In this document: piece by piece, positions 56,919-64,000 of the stretch
How the letters are laid out: each line of letters starts with the position of its first letter
Numbering within the stretch: the first letter of the stretch is position 1
Assembly: GCA_963731515.1 (NCBI GenBank)
Contig: CAVSVU010000016.1
Location: forward strand, 309,715-373,714
Length of the DNA: 64,000 nucleotides
DNA from: an uncultured Actinomycetes bacterium
GTDB taxonomy: Bacteria; Actinomycetota; Thermoleophilia; Gaiellales; JAICJC01
Direction: 5' to 3'
The notes under the pieces: model-generated
The model's input: the letters and a program-made list of their open reading frames with translations, nothing else
Database searches by the model: none
Told to the model about the DNA's origin: nothing
Translations under genes and position numbers: made by a program

Positions 56919-56983
56919 CGGGGTCAGACCCCGAACGGAAGTGCAACAGGAATGCAACGGCCGTCGTTCGGGGTCTGACCCCG
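56919..56983. terminator. perfect 19-bp stem, 27-nt loop hairpin carrying two TGCAAC repeats
   Basis: CGGGGTCAGACCCCGAACG (56919-56937) pairs with CGTTCGGGGTCTGACCCCG (56965-56983). The loop is gaagTGCAACaggaaTGCAACggccgt. It lies between convergent stops. Confidence 0.55.
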
Positions 56984-56992
56984 CTTGGGCGG

Positions 56993-57175
56993 CTACAGGT
57001 TGCGCAGCGTGCGCGTCGCCCAGCCGGCGATCACGAGGATCACGACGCCGATGACGGCGAGCACGATCGCGCCGGCGGTGAGCGCGTAGAGCAGGATCAG
57101 CGCACCGACCCCGAGGCCGACGTAGCCGGTGCGGACCATCTGGCGCTTCTTGGCCTGGCGCGGAGTCAGCGACAT
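56993..57175 (-). CDS. small two-TM membrane protein (hypothetical)
   Basis: ORF 56993..57175 is basic at the N-terminus and has two hydrophobic helices. It is the last gene of the YbjQ-type operon. Confidence 0.45.
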   Translation of the reverse strand: MSLTPRQAKKRQMVRTGYVGLGVGALILLYALTAGAIVLAVIGVVILVIAGWATRTLRNL

Positions 57176-57199
57176 GTCGTCAAGCGTACCGGAACCGGA

Positions 57200-58006
57200 T
57201 CACCCGTCCATGCTCAGCATCATGTTGGGCGGCTCGATGATGTGGTCGGCCTTGGTCGGCACGACCGCCGTCCCCACGGCGAAGAACTCGATCACGTGCG
57301 AGCCCCAGCCGTGGCTGCGCTCCTGGATCTGCACGCCGACGATGCCCTCGGCCTGCACCTGCTGGGCCTCGGCCTGCATCCGCTCCATCGCCAGCTCGCG
57401 GGCGTCGTAGAGCGCCTGGGTGTAGTTCTCCATCTCGACGTTCTGGCCGATCTTGGAGAAGAACCCGCGCAGGCCCTGGTGGGAGACGTGGTAGACGCAG
57501 CTCCCCATGCACATGCCGACCGGGCGGTAGCCGGCCCGCAGCAGCGTCCAGAAGTCCTGGCCGGAGAGGTCGCTCGTGAACGGCCGCCCGTTCGGCGCCC
57601 GGTGCAGCTCGCCGCCGCGGTGCTTGACGGCGGTGCCGATGGCGATGAACTCGGCCAGGTCGGCGCCCCACTCGTAGCGGCCGACGTCCAGGCGGACCCC
57701 GACGATCCCGTCGGCGCCGAGCTGGTCGGCCTCCTCCTCCATGCGCGTCATCGCCAGCTCGCGGGCGTGGTACATCGCCTGGGTGAGGACGCCCATCTCC
57801 TGGTTCTGGTTCCAGTTCGACTGCTGGAACCCGATGTGGTAGATCGAGCTCCCGACGACCAGGCCGAGCGGGTCGAAGCCGGCCTCCTTCACGAGCAGGA
57901 ACTCCCGCACCGAGAGGTCGGAGGTGAAGAGGCCCGCCTTGTTCTGGGCGAGGCGGCCGCGGGCGTCGGCGGGGACGCCCTCGAGCGAGTTGGGGTCGTA
58001 GCTCAT
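57200..58006 (-). CDS. tandem YbjQ/UPF0145-domain protein
   Basis: 268 aa from MSYDPNSLEG within ORF 57200..58498. Two repeats carry FTSDLS..EF.L..AG..P.G...GS..YH .. ARELAM.RM..EA...GA.GIVGV .. GTAV. Confidence 0.8.
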   Translation of the reverse strand: MSYDPNSLEGVPADARGRLAQNKAGLFTSDLSVREFLLVKEAGFDPLGLVVGSSIYHIGFQQSNWNQNQEMGVLTQAMYHARELAMTRMEEEADQLGADGIVGVRLDVGRYEWGADLAEFIAIGTAVKHRGGELHRAPNGRPFTSDLSGQDFWTLLRAGYRPVGMCMGSCVYHVSHQGLRGFFSKIGQNVEMENYTQALYDARELAMERMQAEAQQVQAEGIVGVQIQERSHGWGSHVIEFFAVGTAVVPTKADHIIEPPNMMLSMDG

Positions 58007-58923
58007 CCGGTCTCCTTGGACAACGTGAGGACGGTGGCGATGTCGGCGATGGGCCGGCCCTCGCCCGTGCCGATGGCGGTGGCGAGGGCGTGGATGATGT
58101 AGGTGATGCCGGCGAGGCGGTCGCCGGTCTCGTAGGGCCGCTCCTCCTGGCCCCAGCGGGTGGCGACGATGCCCTCCGCGCCGAGCGCCGCCGCGTCGGC
58201 GGTGAGCGCCTCCAGCACGCGGTGGCGGGCCGCGTACCAGGTCTGGGTGGCGCCGACCATCTCGACGTTGGCCCACCCGCCCCACGACGACGTCGGGATC
58301 GCCTGCGTCCACGTGTAGAGCGTGCCGAAGTAGACGGAGGTCGCGCCGACGACCCCGCACGGCCGGTGGCCGGCCTCGAGCAGCAGCGCGCACTCCTGGC
58401 CGCTCAGGTTCGTGAGCGCCGGGCCGGACGGCGTGCGCAGGCCGGGCGCGCGCACGGCCGTGCCGATCGCCTGGAACTCGATCAGGTCCCTGCCCCACTC
58501 GTACCGCGACGCGGTCACACGCAGGCCGACGACCGCGTCGGCCCCCGCCAGCTCGGCCTCGCTGCGGAGCCGGTCGAGGGCGCGCCGGCGGCAGTCGTTG
58601 TACGCGTCGCTCAGGATCGTCAGCTCCTGCGACGACCCGTACCAGCCCCCGCCCATGAACTGCCAGCCGACGTGGTAGACCGACGATCCGAGCACCTGCG
58701 TGACCGGCTCGAGGCCGGCGCGGCGAACGAGCACGAACTCGGGCACGGAGAGATCGGAGGTGAATGCCTGCCCGGCCTCGGCGCCGAGGGTGCGCAGCCG
58801 CTCCTCGGCGGCGGCCGGGATGCCGCCGGCGGCGATCCGCTCGACGTCCTCGCGCTGGCGCTGCTCGCGCTGCGCCCGCTCCTCGCGGCCCTCGCGCGGG
58901 CCGCCGCGGTTGCGGAAGCTCAC
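58003..58923 (-). CDS. tandem YbjQ/UPF0145-domain protein with Arg/Glu-rich N-terminus
   Basis: GTG at 58923 preceded by GGAGGGG, within ORF 58003..59016. It has two YbjQ-like repeats. Its stop overlaps the downstream paralog's start (ATGA). Confidence 0.8.
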   Translation of the reverse strand: MSFRNRGGPREGREERAQREQRQREDVERIAAGGIPAAAEERLRTLGAEAGQAFTSDLSVPEFVLVRRAGLEPVTQVLGSSVYHVGWQFMGGGWYGSSQELTILSDAYNDCRRRALDRLRSEAELAGADAVVGLRVTASRYEWGRDLIEFQAIGTAVRAPGLRTPSGPALTNLSGQECALLLEAGHRPCGVVGATSVYFGTLYTWTQAIPTSSWGGWANVEMVGATQTWYAARHRVLEALTADAAALGAEGIVATRWGQEERPYETGDRLAGITYIIHALATAIGTGEGRPIADIATVLTLSKETG

Positions 58924-58925
58924 GC

Positions 58926-59309
58926 CTACCCCTCCAGCAGCCGCTCGAGCGCGATCCGCGCCCGCTCGCTCTGGCGGGCCTGCTCGCTCAGCTCGCGGCT
59001 GAGCGCCTCGATCCATGCGTCCAGGTCGAGCGGCTCGGACTTGATCACGATCCCGCGCACCTCGCTGCAGCGCGACGTCCGCACCGATCCGTCGTCGCGC
59101 TCGAGGTCGTAGCGGGTCTCGTCCATGGTGACCGAGATGCGCCGCACCCGCTTCTCACGCGAGAACAGCCCGCCGCCGCCGCGCTCGACGCGCACGCTGC
59201 CGGGAAGTGCCCCCTCGAGCTTCACCGCCAGCGCCTCGACGAACGCGGCCAGGTCGGTGGCGTCGGCGCGCAGGCTGGCGGCGACCAGCTCGAAGCCGGG
59301 TTCTTCCAT
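58926..59309 (-). CDS. hypothetical protein (first gene of the YbjQ-type operon)
   Basis: ORF 58926..59309 has GC3-rich codons and a stop 2 nt before the next start. I recognise no family. Confidence 0.6.
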   Translation of the reverse strand: MEEPGFELVAASLRADATDLAAFVEALAVKLEGALPGSVRVERGGGGLFSREKRVRRISVTMDETRYDLERDDGSVRTSRCSEVRGIVIKSEPLDLDAWIEALSRELSEQARQSERARIALERLLEG

Positions 59310-59335
59310 CGACGCGGGACTTTACCCCCGACGGG

Positions 59336-61120
59336 TCAGTAGATCGGTGCGGGTGTGACCCAGGAGTCGTTCGCACCGGCGAGCAGCGGCAGCCCGAAGT
59401 TGCGCTCGAAGGCCGCGGTCAGGCTGTAGTGGCTGTAGAACGTGCTCGTCGATCCCGCGGTGATGCGGGCCGAGACGAGGATCGTCACCACCTGGCAGGT
59501 GGCCGTCTTGGCGTTGTACACGGACGGGTTCGAGCAGTCGATGCCCCAGTTGCCCTTGGCCTGGGTGGACTCCTCGTTCGACTCGTCCCAGGTGACGACG
59601 ACGAGCGTCTGGCCGGCCTGGTAGCTGGGCGTCGCGGCGATGGCGTTCACGATCTTCGCGATGTACGCGTCGCCGATCGCGATTCGCTGCGCCTTCGTCT
59701 GGCCGGTCACCGTCTCACACGGGCCGTTCATCCAGTGCATGTCGCGGCAGTCGTCCGGGGCGATCCAGGCGAAGCTGGGCAGCGCGTCCGCGGCGATGTC
59801 CGACCACAGGTTGGGGTCGGCGGGGACGTCGTTCTTCGCACAGGACCCGTCGCCGCCCTTCGACGTGGCGCCGAGGTCGGTGTACCAGAAGGCGGGGTTG
59901 TGCCCGTCGCGGTAGTAGGGCACCGAGCCGACGTTCCCCGAGCAGTTCGCCGGCATGGACTGGTTGTAGTCCTTCCACGTCATCCCGGCGGCGCCGAGCT
60001 GGTGGAACATGTTGTCGGCGCTCGACGAGCAGGCCAGGCAGGTGTTGAACGTGCCGCTCGTCACCGCCAGGTAGTTGGGAAAGCTCGGGTGGGTCTCGCC
60101 GGCCGCGTTCGACTCGTAGCGGCAGTCGGTCGCGAGCATGTGCGTGAACGCCGCGTCCTTGGTCGCCGCCTGCCAGTCGGCCACGGTCAGGTTCTCGTCC
60201 ATGATCACCACGATGTGGGAGTAGGGCGACGTGCTCGGCGCGGCCGTGCCACACGGCCCGCTGCCGCCGCCGCCCCCGCCGCCCGCAGGCGTCGTCACCG
60301 ACGCGCCGGTCGATTGGTTCGAGGTGTTCCCGGCGGCGTCGAAGGCGTCGATCGTGTAGACGTAGGTCGTGCTCGGCGCGAGGCCGGTGTCCTGGAACGT
60401 CGTCGTGGTGCCGCCGACCGTCTTCACCTTCGCCCCGTCGCGGAACACGTCGTAGCCGGTCACGCCGACGTTGTCGCTCGACGCCGACCACGTCACCGTC
60501 GCCGCCGTCGAGCTCGAGGCAGACGCTTGCACGTTCCCCGGCACGCTCGGCGCCGAGCCGTCGCCTCCGGAGGAGCCCGTGGCGAGGACCAGGTTGTCGA
60601 CGTCGAACGTCGCGCCGGACGCCGGCGCCGACTCGACCACGTTCACGGTCAGGGAGTCGCCGGCCTTGGCGACCTTGTAGGAGACCGTGGGGAACGCCTG
60701 CCACGACGACGTGGCGGCGAGGCACTGCTGGGCCGAGCCGACGGTGCTCGACCCGCCCGACGGCACCTCCTTCACCTTCAGGCACACCGTCCCGCCCGTG
60801 CTCGAGCGGACCGTGCCGTCGAGCGTGTACGCCGCACCGGCCGCCGCGCTCTTCACCGGCTTGGACGTCGTGTAGGCGTACGCCTGCGACCCCGCCCGTT
60901 GAGCCGAGACCCGGGCGGCGTGACCGCCGCCGTTGCCGGTCACGAGCGAGAGGGAGCCGCCGCTGGCCGCCCATCCCGACAGCGAGCCCGAGCCGCTGCT
61001 GCCCTCGAACGTGCCGTTCGCGATCAGGTTCGTCGCGGCCGGGACGGTGGACGCGAAAACGAGGACGGCCGCCGTCACCAGGGCCGCCGCCGAGCCGATC
61101 TTCCAGATCCACCCGAACAT
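59336..61120 (-). CDS. secreted CBM-like + fibronectin-III + phosphoesterase-family (PLC/acid phosphatase type) protein
   Basis: ORF 59336..61144, trimmed to MFGWIWKIGSAAALV (signal). An FN3-like segment (TVTWSASSDNVGVTGYDVF) precedes a Gly-rich linker. The phosphoesterase motif is ETHPSFPNYLA. Confidence 0.85.
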   Translation of the reverse strand: MFGWIWKIGSAAALVTAAVLVFASTVPAATNLIANGTFEGSSGSGSLSGWAASGGSLSLVTGNGGGHAARVSAQRAGSQAYAYTTSKPVKSAAAGAAYTLDGTVRSSTGGTVCLKVKEVPSGGSSTVGSAQQCLAATSSWQAFPTVSYKVAKAGDSLTVNVVESAPASGATFDVDNLVLATGSSGGDGSAPSVPGNVQASASSSTAATVTWSASSDNVGVTGYDVFRDGAKVKTVGGTTTTFQDTGLAPSTTYVYTIDAFDAAGNTSNQSTGASVTTPAGGGGGGGSGPCGTAAPSTSPYSHIVVIMDENLTVADWQAATKDAAFTHMLATDCRYESNAAGETHPSFPNYLAVTSGTFNTCLACSSSADNMFHQLGAAGMTWKDYNQSMPANCSGNVGSVPYYRDGHNPAFWYTDLGATSKGGDGSCAKNDVPADPNLWSDIAADALPSFAWIAPDDCRDMHWMNGPCETVTGQTKAQRIAIGDAYIAKIVNAIAATPSYQAGQTLVVVTWDESNEESTQAKGNWGIDCSNPSVYNAKTATCQVVTILVSARITAGSTSTFYSHYSLTAAFERNFGLPLLAGANDSWVTPAPIY

Positions 61121-61224
61121 GCCTGGCGCGAGTCTACTAGACACGTTCCGAAGGCGCGAGTACAGTCCAGGTATTGTGGGCTACGCGCCCGAGGCGGTGG
61201 CACGTCCTCCCGGGAGTGATGGAC

Positions 61225-63095
61225 ATGAAGCGGCGAGCGTGGATCCTGGCGGTGGCCCTTGCGGTCGCGCTCATCGGCGGCCGCGCCGGCACGGCGCACG
61301 CAACCGATCCCTCGACGGGCGATCCGGTCATCGCCGCGGTCGGCGACATGGCCTGCGCGCCCGGCGACTCCCACTTCAACGGCGGAGCCGGCACCGCCTC
61401 CAACTGCGGCGAGGCGGCCGACAGCGCGCAGATGGAGAAGGACCCGACGATCGACATGCTGCTCGGCCTCGGCGACTACCAGTACGGCTGCGGAACGCTC
61501 GCGGAGTACGCCCAGAGCTACGGGCCGACGTGGGGGGTCTTCAACAGCATGATCGACCCGACCGCCGGGAACCACGAGTACTCGACGACGACGAACTCGG
61601 CCACCGGCGCCGCGTGCCCCGACCCGAACAACGCGGCGCAGGACTACTTCGCCTACTTCGGCGCTCCGGCCCGCCCGGCGACCGCCGGCGAGTACTCGTT
61701 CAACATCGGCAAGTGGCATCTGATCTCGCTGAACGCCAACTGCTCGAAGACGAACGTCGGCGGCTGCGGCACCGGCAGCGCCCAGACGCAGTGGCTCGCG
61801 AGCGACCTGGCGGCGAACACCCAGCCGTGCACGCTGGCGTACTGGCACCAGCCGCAGTGGACGGCGACGGGGAAGAACGCCTCGGCCTACTCGACGTGGT
61901 GGAGCATGCTCTACGCGTCGCACGTCGACGTGGTGCTGAACGGGCACGTGCACACCTACGCCCGCTTCGCCCCGCTCAACCCGAGCGGCACCAGCGACCC
62001 GGCCAACGGCATCCGTGAGGTGATCGTGGGCACGGGCGGCGAATCGCTGGTCTCGACCGCGGCGAACGCCACCCCCGCACCGCTGTCCGTCTACCGCGGC
62101 TTCGGCTACCTGCGGATGGTGCTCCACCCGACCGGCTACGACGCCCAGTTCATCGCCTCGAGCGGCGCCGTCAAGGACACGTTCTCCGGGACCTGCCACG
62201 GCACGACCCCGCCGCCCCCGGGCCTCGGCATCTCCCAGACGGCGCCGTCCTCCGTGCAGGCGGACGCGAGCGCGGCCTACACGGTCACGGTCACGAACCC
62301 GGCTCGTCGGACCAGACCAATGTCACGGTGACCGACAACCCGCCGCCGAACGCGCAGTCCGTCACCGCCACGCCGTCGCGCGGGAGCTGCGCCGGCCAGG
62401 GGCCGATCACGTGCAACCTGGGGACGCTCGGACCGGGTGACTCTGCCACCGTGACCGTGAACGCGACGCCCATACTGCCGCCGACCGCGGTGAACGTCGC
62501 CGCGGCCCAGTCCGACCAGGCGTCGCAGGTGACGAACAGCAAGGTCGTGAACGTCACCGCCGCTCCGAACACGAGCTACGTCGGCGTCACCAACCTCGGC
62601 TTCGGCTCCGCGTCGCCGGCGCTCGCCATGGGAGGCGTCCTGCAGTGGAGCTTCGTCGGCCCGGGCTCGCACAGCGCGACCGACAAGACGAGCGGCCTCG
62701 GCATCTTCCCCGACACCGGCCTCGTCGCCCCCGTCGCGTTCCGGCAGACGACCTTCCCGGCCGCCGGCGCCTACACGTTCACCGACACGGCCACCGCCAA
62801 GACGATCAAGCTGAACGTGCCGATGACGGCCACGCCCGCGACCGGGTCGAAGACGACCACGTTCACCCTGAGGTGGGCGGCGGCGGCGCCTCCGGCCGGC
62901 TACTCGGAGGACGTCCAGGTCGACCCGCCGGGGTCGACGTCGTGGACGTCGCTCTTCAAGGCGACGACGGCCACGTCCGGGACGTTCGTGCCCAACAAGG
63001 GCACCGGGACGTACAAGTTCCGCTGCCGCTTCCGGCGCACGACCGGCACCGGCGCGTCCACCTTCACGACGGGCGTCACCGTCAAGGTCAGCTGA
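61225..63095 (+). pseudogene. secreted metallophosphoesterase + DUF11-type repeat + beta-sandwich C-terminal domains, frame interrupted (-1) near 62296-62301
   Basis: MKRRAWILAVALAVAL is a signal peptide. Calcineurin-like motifs GDMAC, GDYQY, GNHEY and GHVHTY are present. ..YTVTVTN then continues as GSSDQTNVTVTDNPPPNAQSVTATPSRGSC.. in ORF 62328..63095. Confidence 0.8.
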
Positions 63096-63104
63096 TGCAT
63101 ACCC

Positions 63105-63117
63105 GGTGCCTGGCACC
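63105..63117. repeat. single copy of the palindrome GGTGCCTGGCACC
   Basis: The 19-nt string CCGGTGCCTGGCACCGCGT is identical to that at 38738-38756. It lies between the convergent stops at 63095 and 63124. Confidence 0.4.
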
Positions 63118-63123
63118 GCGTAT

Positions 63124-63771
63124 TCACGGGGAGATCAGGCCGGCGCGGATCGCGTAGCGGGTCAGGTCGACCCGGTTTCGCAGCCCGAGCTTGTGGCGCA
63201 GGTTCTCGCGGTGGCGCTCGACCGTGCGCGGGCTGATCACCAGCATCTCGGCGATCTCGCGGGAGGTGTGGCCGTCGGCGATCAGCGCCAGGATCTGCGA
63301 CTCGCGCCCGGTCAGGACGGCGCTCGACTCGTCGTCGGCGAGCGCACGGCCGAGCAGCGACCGCTCGACCGCCGGGTAGACGAACGGCTCGCCTCGCATC
63401 GCCGCGCGGCAGGCGGTGATCAGGTCGTGATCGGCGACCGACTTGAGGACGTAGCCGCTCGCCCCCGCCCGGATCGCCTCCAGGAAGTACTGCTCGCTGT
63501 CGTGCATCGAGAGGATCAGCGTGCGCAGGCGCGGCCGCAGCCGGGACAGCTCGTGGGCCGCCTGGATGCCGGTCATCCCGGGCATGGAGATGTCGAGGAC
63601 GGCGAGATCGACGTCGTCGTGCACCGCCCGCCGCACGGCCTCGGCGCCGTCGCCGGCCTCGGCCACGACGCGCATGTCGCTCTCGGACTCGAGGACGAGC
63701 CGCAGGCCGCGGCGGACGACCGCGTGGTCGTCGGCGAGCAGGATGCCGATCTGCCTCGTCCCGGCCGGCAG
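63124..63771 (-). CDS. NarL/LuxR family response regulator
   Basis: ORF 63124..63675 lacks the receiver N-terminus (..IGILLADDHAVVRRGLRLVLESESD). That segment is in frame upstream with no ATG, GTG or TTG. A CTG at 63771 lies 6 nt after GGAGG. Confidence 0.8.
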   Translation of the reverse strand: MPAGTRQIGILLADDHAVVRRGLRLVLESESDMRVVAEAGDGAEAVRRAVHDDVDLAVLDISMPGMTGIQAAHELSRLRPRLRTLILSMHDSEQYFLEAIRAGASGYVLKSVADHDLITACRAAMRGEPFVYPAVERSLLGRALADDESSAVLTGRESQILALIADGHTSREIAEMLVISPRTVERHRENLRHKLGLRNRVDLTRYAIRAGLISP

Positions 63772-63772
63772 C

Positions 63773-64000
63773 TTACGCCTCCAGGGCCGCGGGCGGGATG
63801 CGGAGCTCGACCTCCACGCCGCCCTCCTCGGCGACGCCGAGCACGAGCCGCCCGCCGATCATGAGCGCGCGCTCGCGCATGCCCCGGACTCCCCCGCCCG
63901 AGCGGGGCTGCCTGCCGAGCCCGCGGCCGTCGTCCGCGACACGCAGGTAGACGGCGCCGTCCTCCTCGGCCAGCCGCACCCGCACGCGGGTGCAGCCGGA
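63773..64000 (-). CDS. sensor histidine kinase, C-terminal HATPase fragment (continues beyond the right edge)
   Basis: ORF 63773..63985 and the upstream frame read ..LRVADDGRGL..GGGVRGMRERALMIGGRL.., a pattern typical of NarX/DesK-type kinases. Confidence 0.8.
   Translation of the reverse strand, partial: SGCTRVRVRLAEEDGAVYLRVADDGRGLGRQPRSGGGVRGMRERALMIGGRLVLGVAEEGGVEVELRIPPAALEA

Noticed and set aside
63110-63126. TGGCAC within GGTGCCTGGCACCGCGTATTC resembles a sigma-54 -24 element. The same is true at 38747.
   Set aside because: No TTGC -12 element occurs at the right spacing. The sites lie between convergent gene ends. The TGGCAC is fully explained by the GGTGCCWGGCACC palindrome.

Overview
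Very GC-rich, gene-dense bacterial chromosomal segment. Its content looks actinobacterial: F420 biosynthesis and F420-dependent enzymes, the GlgE alpha-glucan pathway, and TreS/TreYZ trehalose genes. I call about 55 protein genes and one tRNA. No rRNA, CRISPR array or intact mobile element is visible.

Most genes sit in translationally coupled chains with GTGA or ATGA start/stop overlaps. The very long ORFs in the track are stop-poor frames typical of this base composition, not genes.

Layout:
- 1-2.8 kb: decayed accessory DNA (phage terminase remnant, truncated ABC transporter, intact VIT1) ending at tRNA-Met.
- 2.9-10.8 kb: peptidases, membrane proteins, two MFS transporters and an agmatinase.
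- 10.8-15.2 kb: an alpha-oxoamine-synthase-family PLP enzyme coupled to a polytopic membrane PAS-GGDEF-EAL protein.
- 15.4-23 kb: F420 block (cofD, cofE, cofC, fgd, two LLM oxidoreductases).
- 23.3-38.7 kb: one 7-gene alpha-glucan/trehalose chain, glgE-treS/mak-malQ-glgB-treZ-glgX-treY.
- 38.8-45.7 kb, minus strand: hisA-argR-argF-argG-argH-proB-proA.
- 45.7-50.4 kb: a TrpR-like YerC gene coupled to hisG, a hisC-hisB fusion, hisH, hisF and hisIE.
- 50.5-54 kb: carnitine dehydrogenase, BKACE and an MFS transporter.
- 54.2-56.9 kb: Tat ferritin-like pair, an L,D-transpeptidase and a membrane protein.
- 57-59.3 kb: tandem-YbjQ operon.
- 59.3-63.1 kb: two secreted phosphoesterases.
- Right edge: a NarL-type two-component pair.

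Observations worth a second look:
- The PLP enzyme/GGDEF-EAL pair as a possible signal-synthase/receptor module.
- The tandem-YbjQ operon.
- A perfect palindrome and TrpR-like gene heading the his operon.
- A HisC-IGPD fusion.
- Families of self-palindromic hairpins at gene ends.
- At least 13 single-base frame breaks in otherwise intact conserved genes, 12 of them in the same direction. This looks more like an insertion-biased sequencing artefact than decay.

Coordinates that I derived by eye rather than from the ORF track may be off by 1-3 nt.
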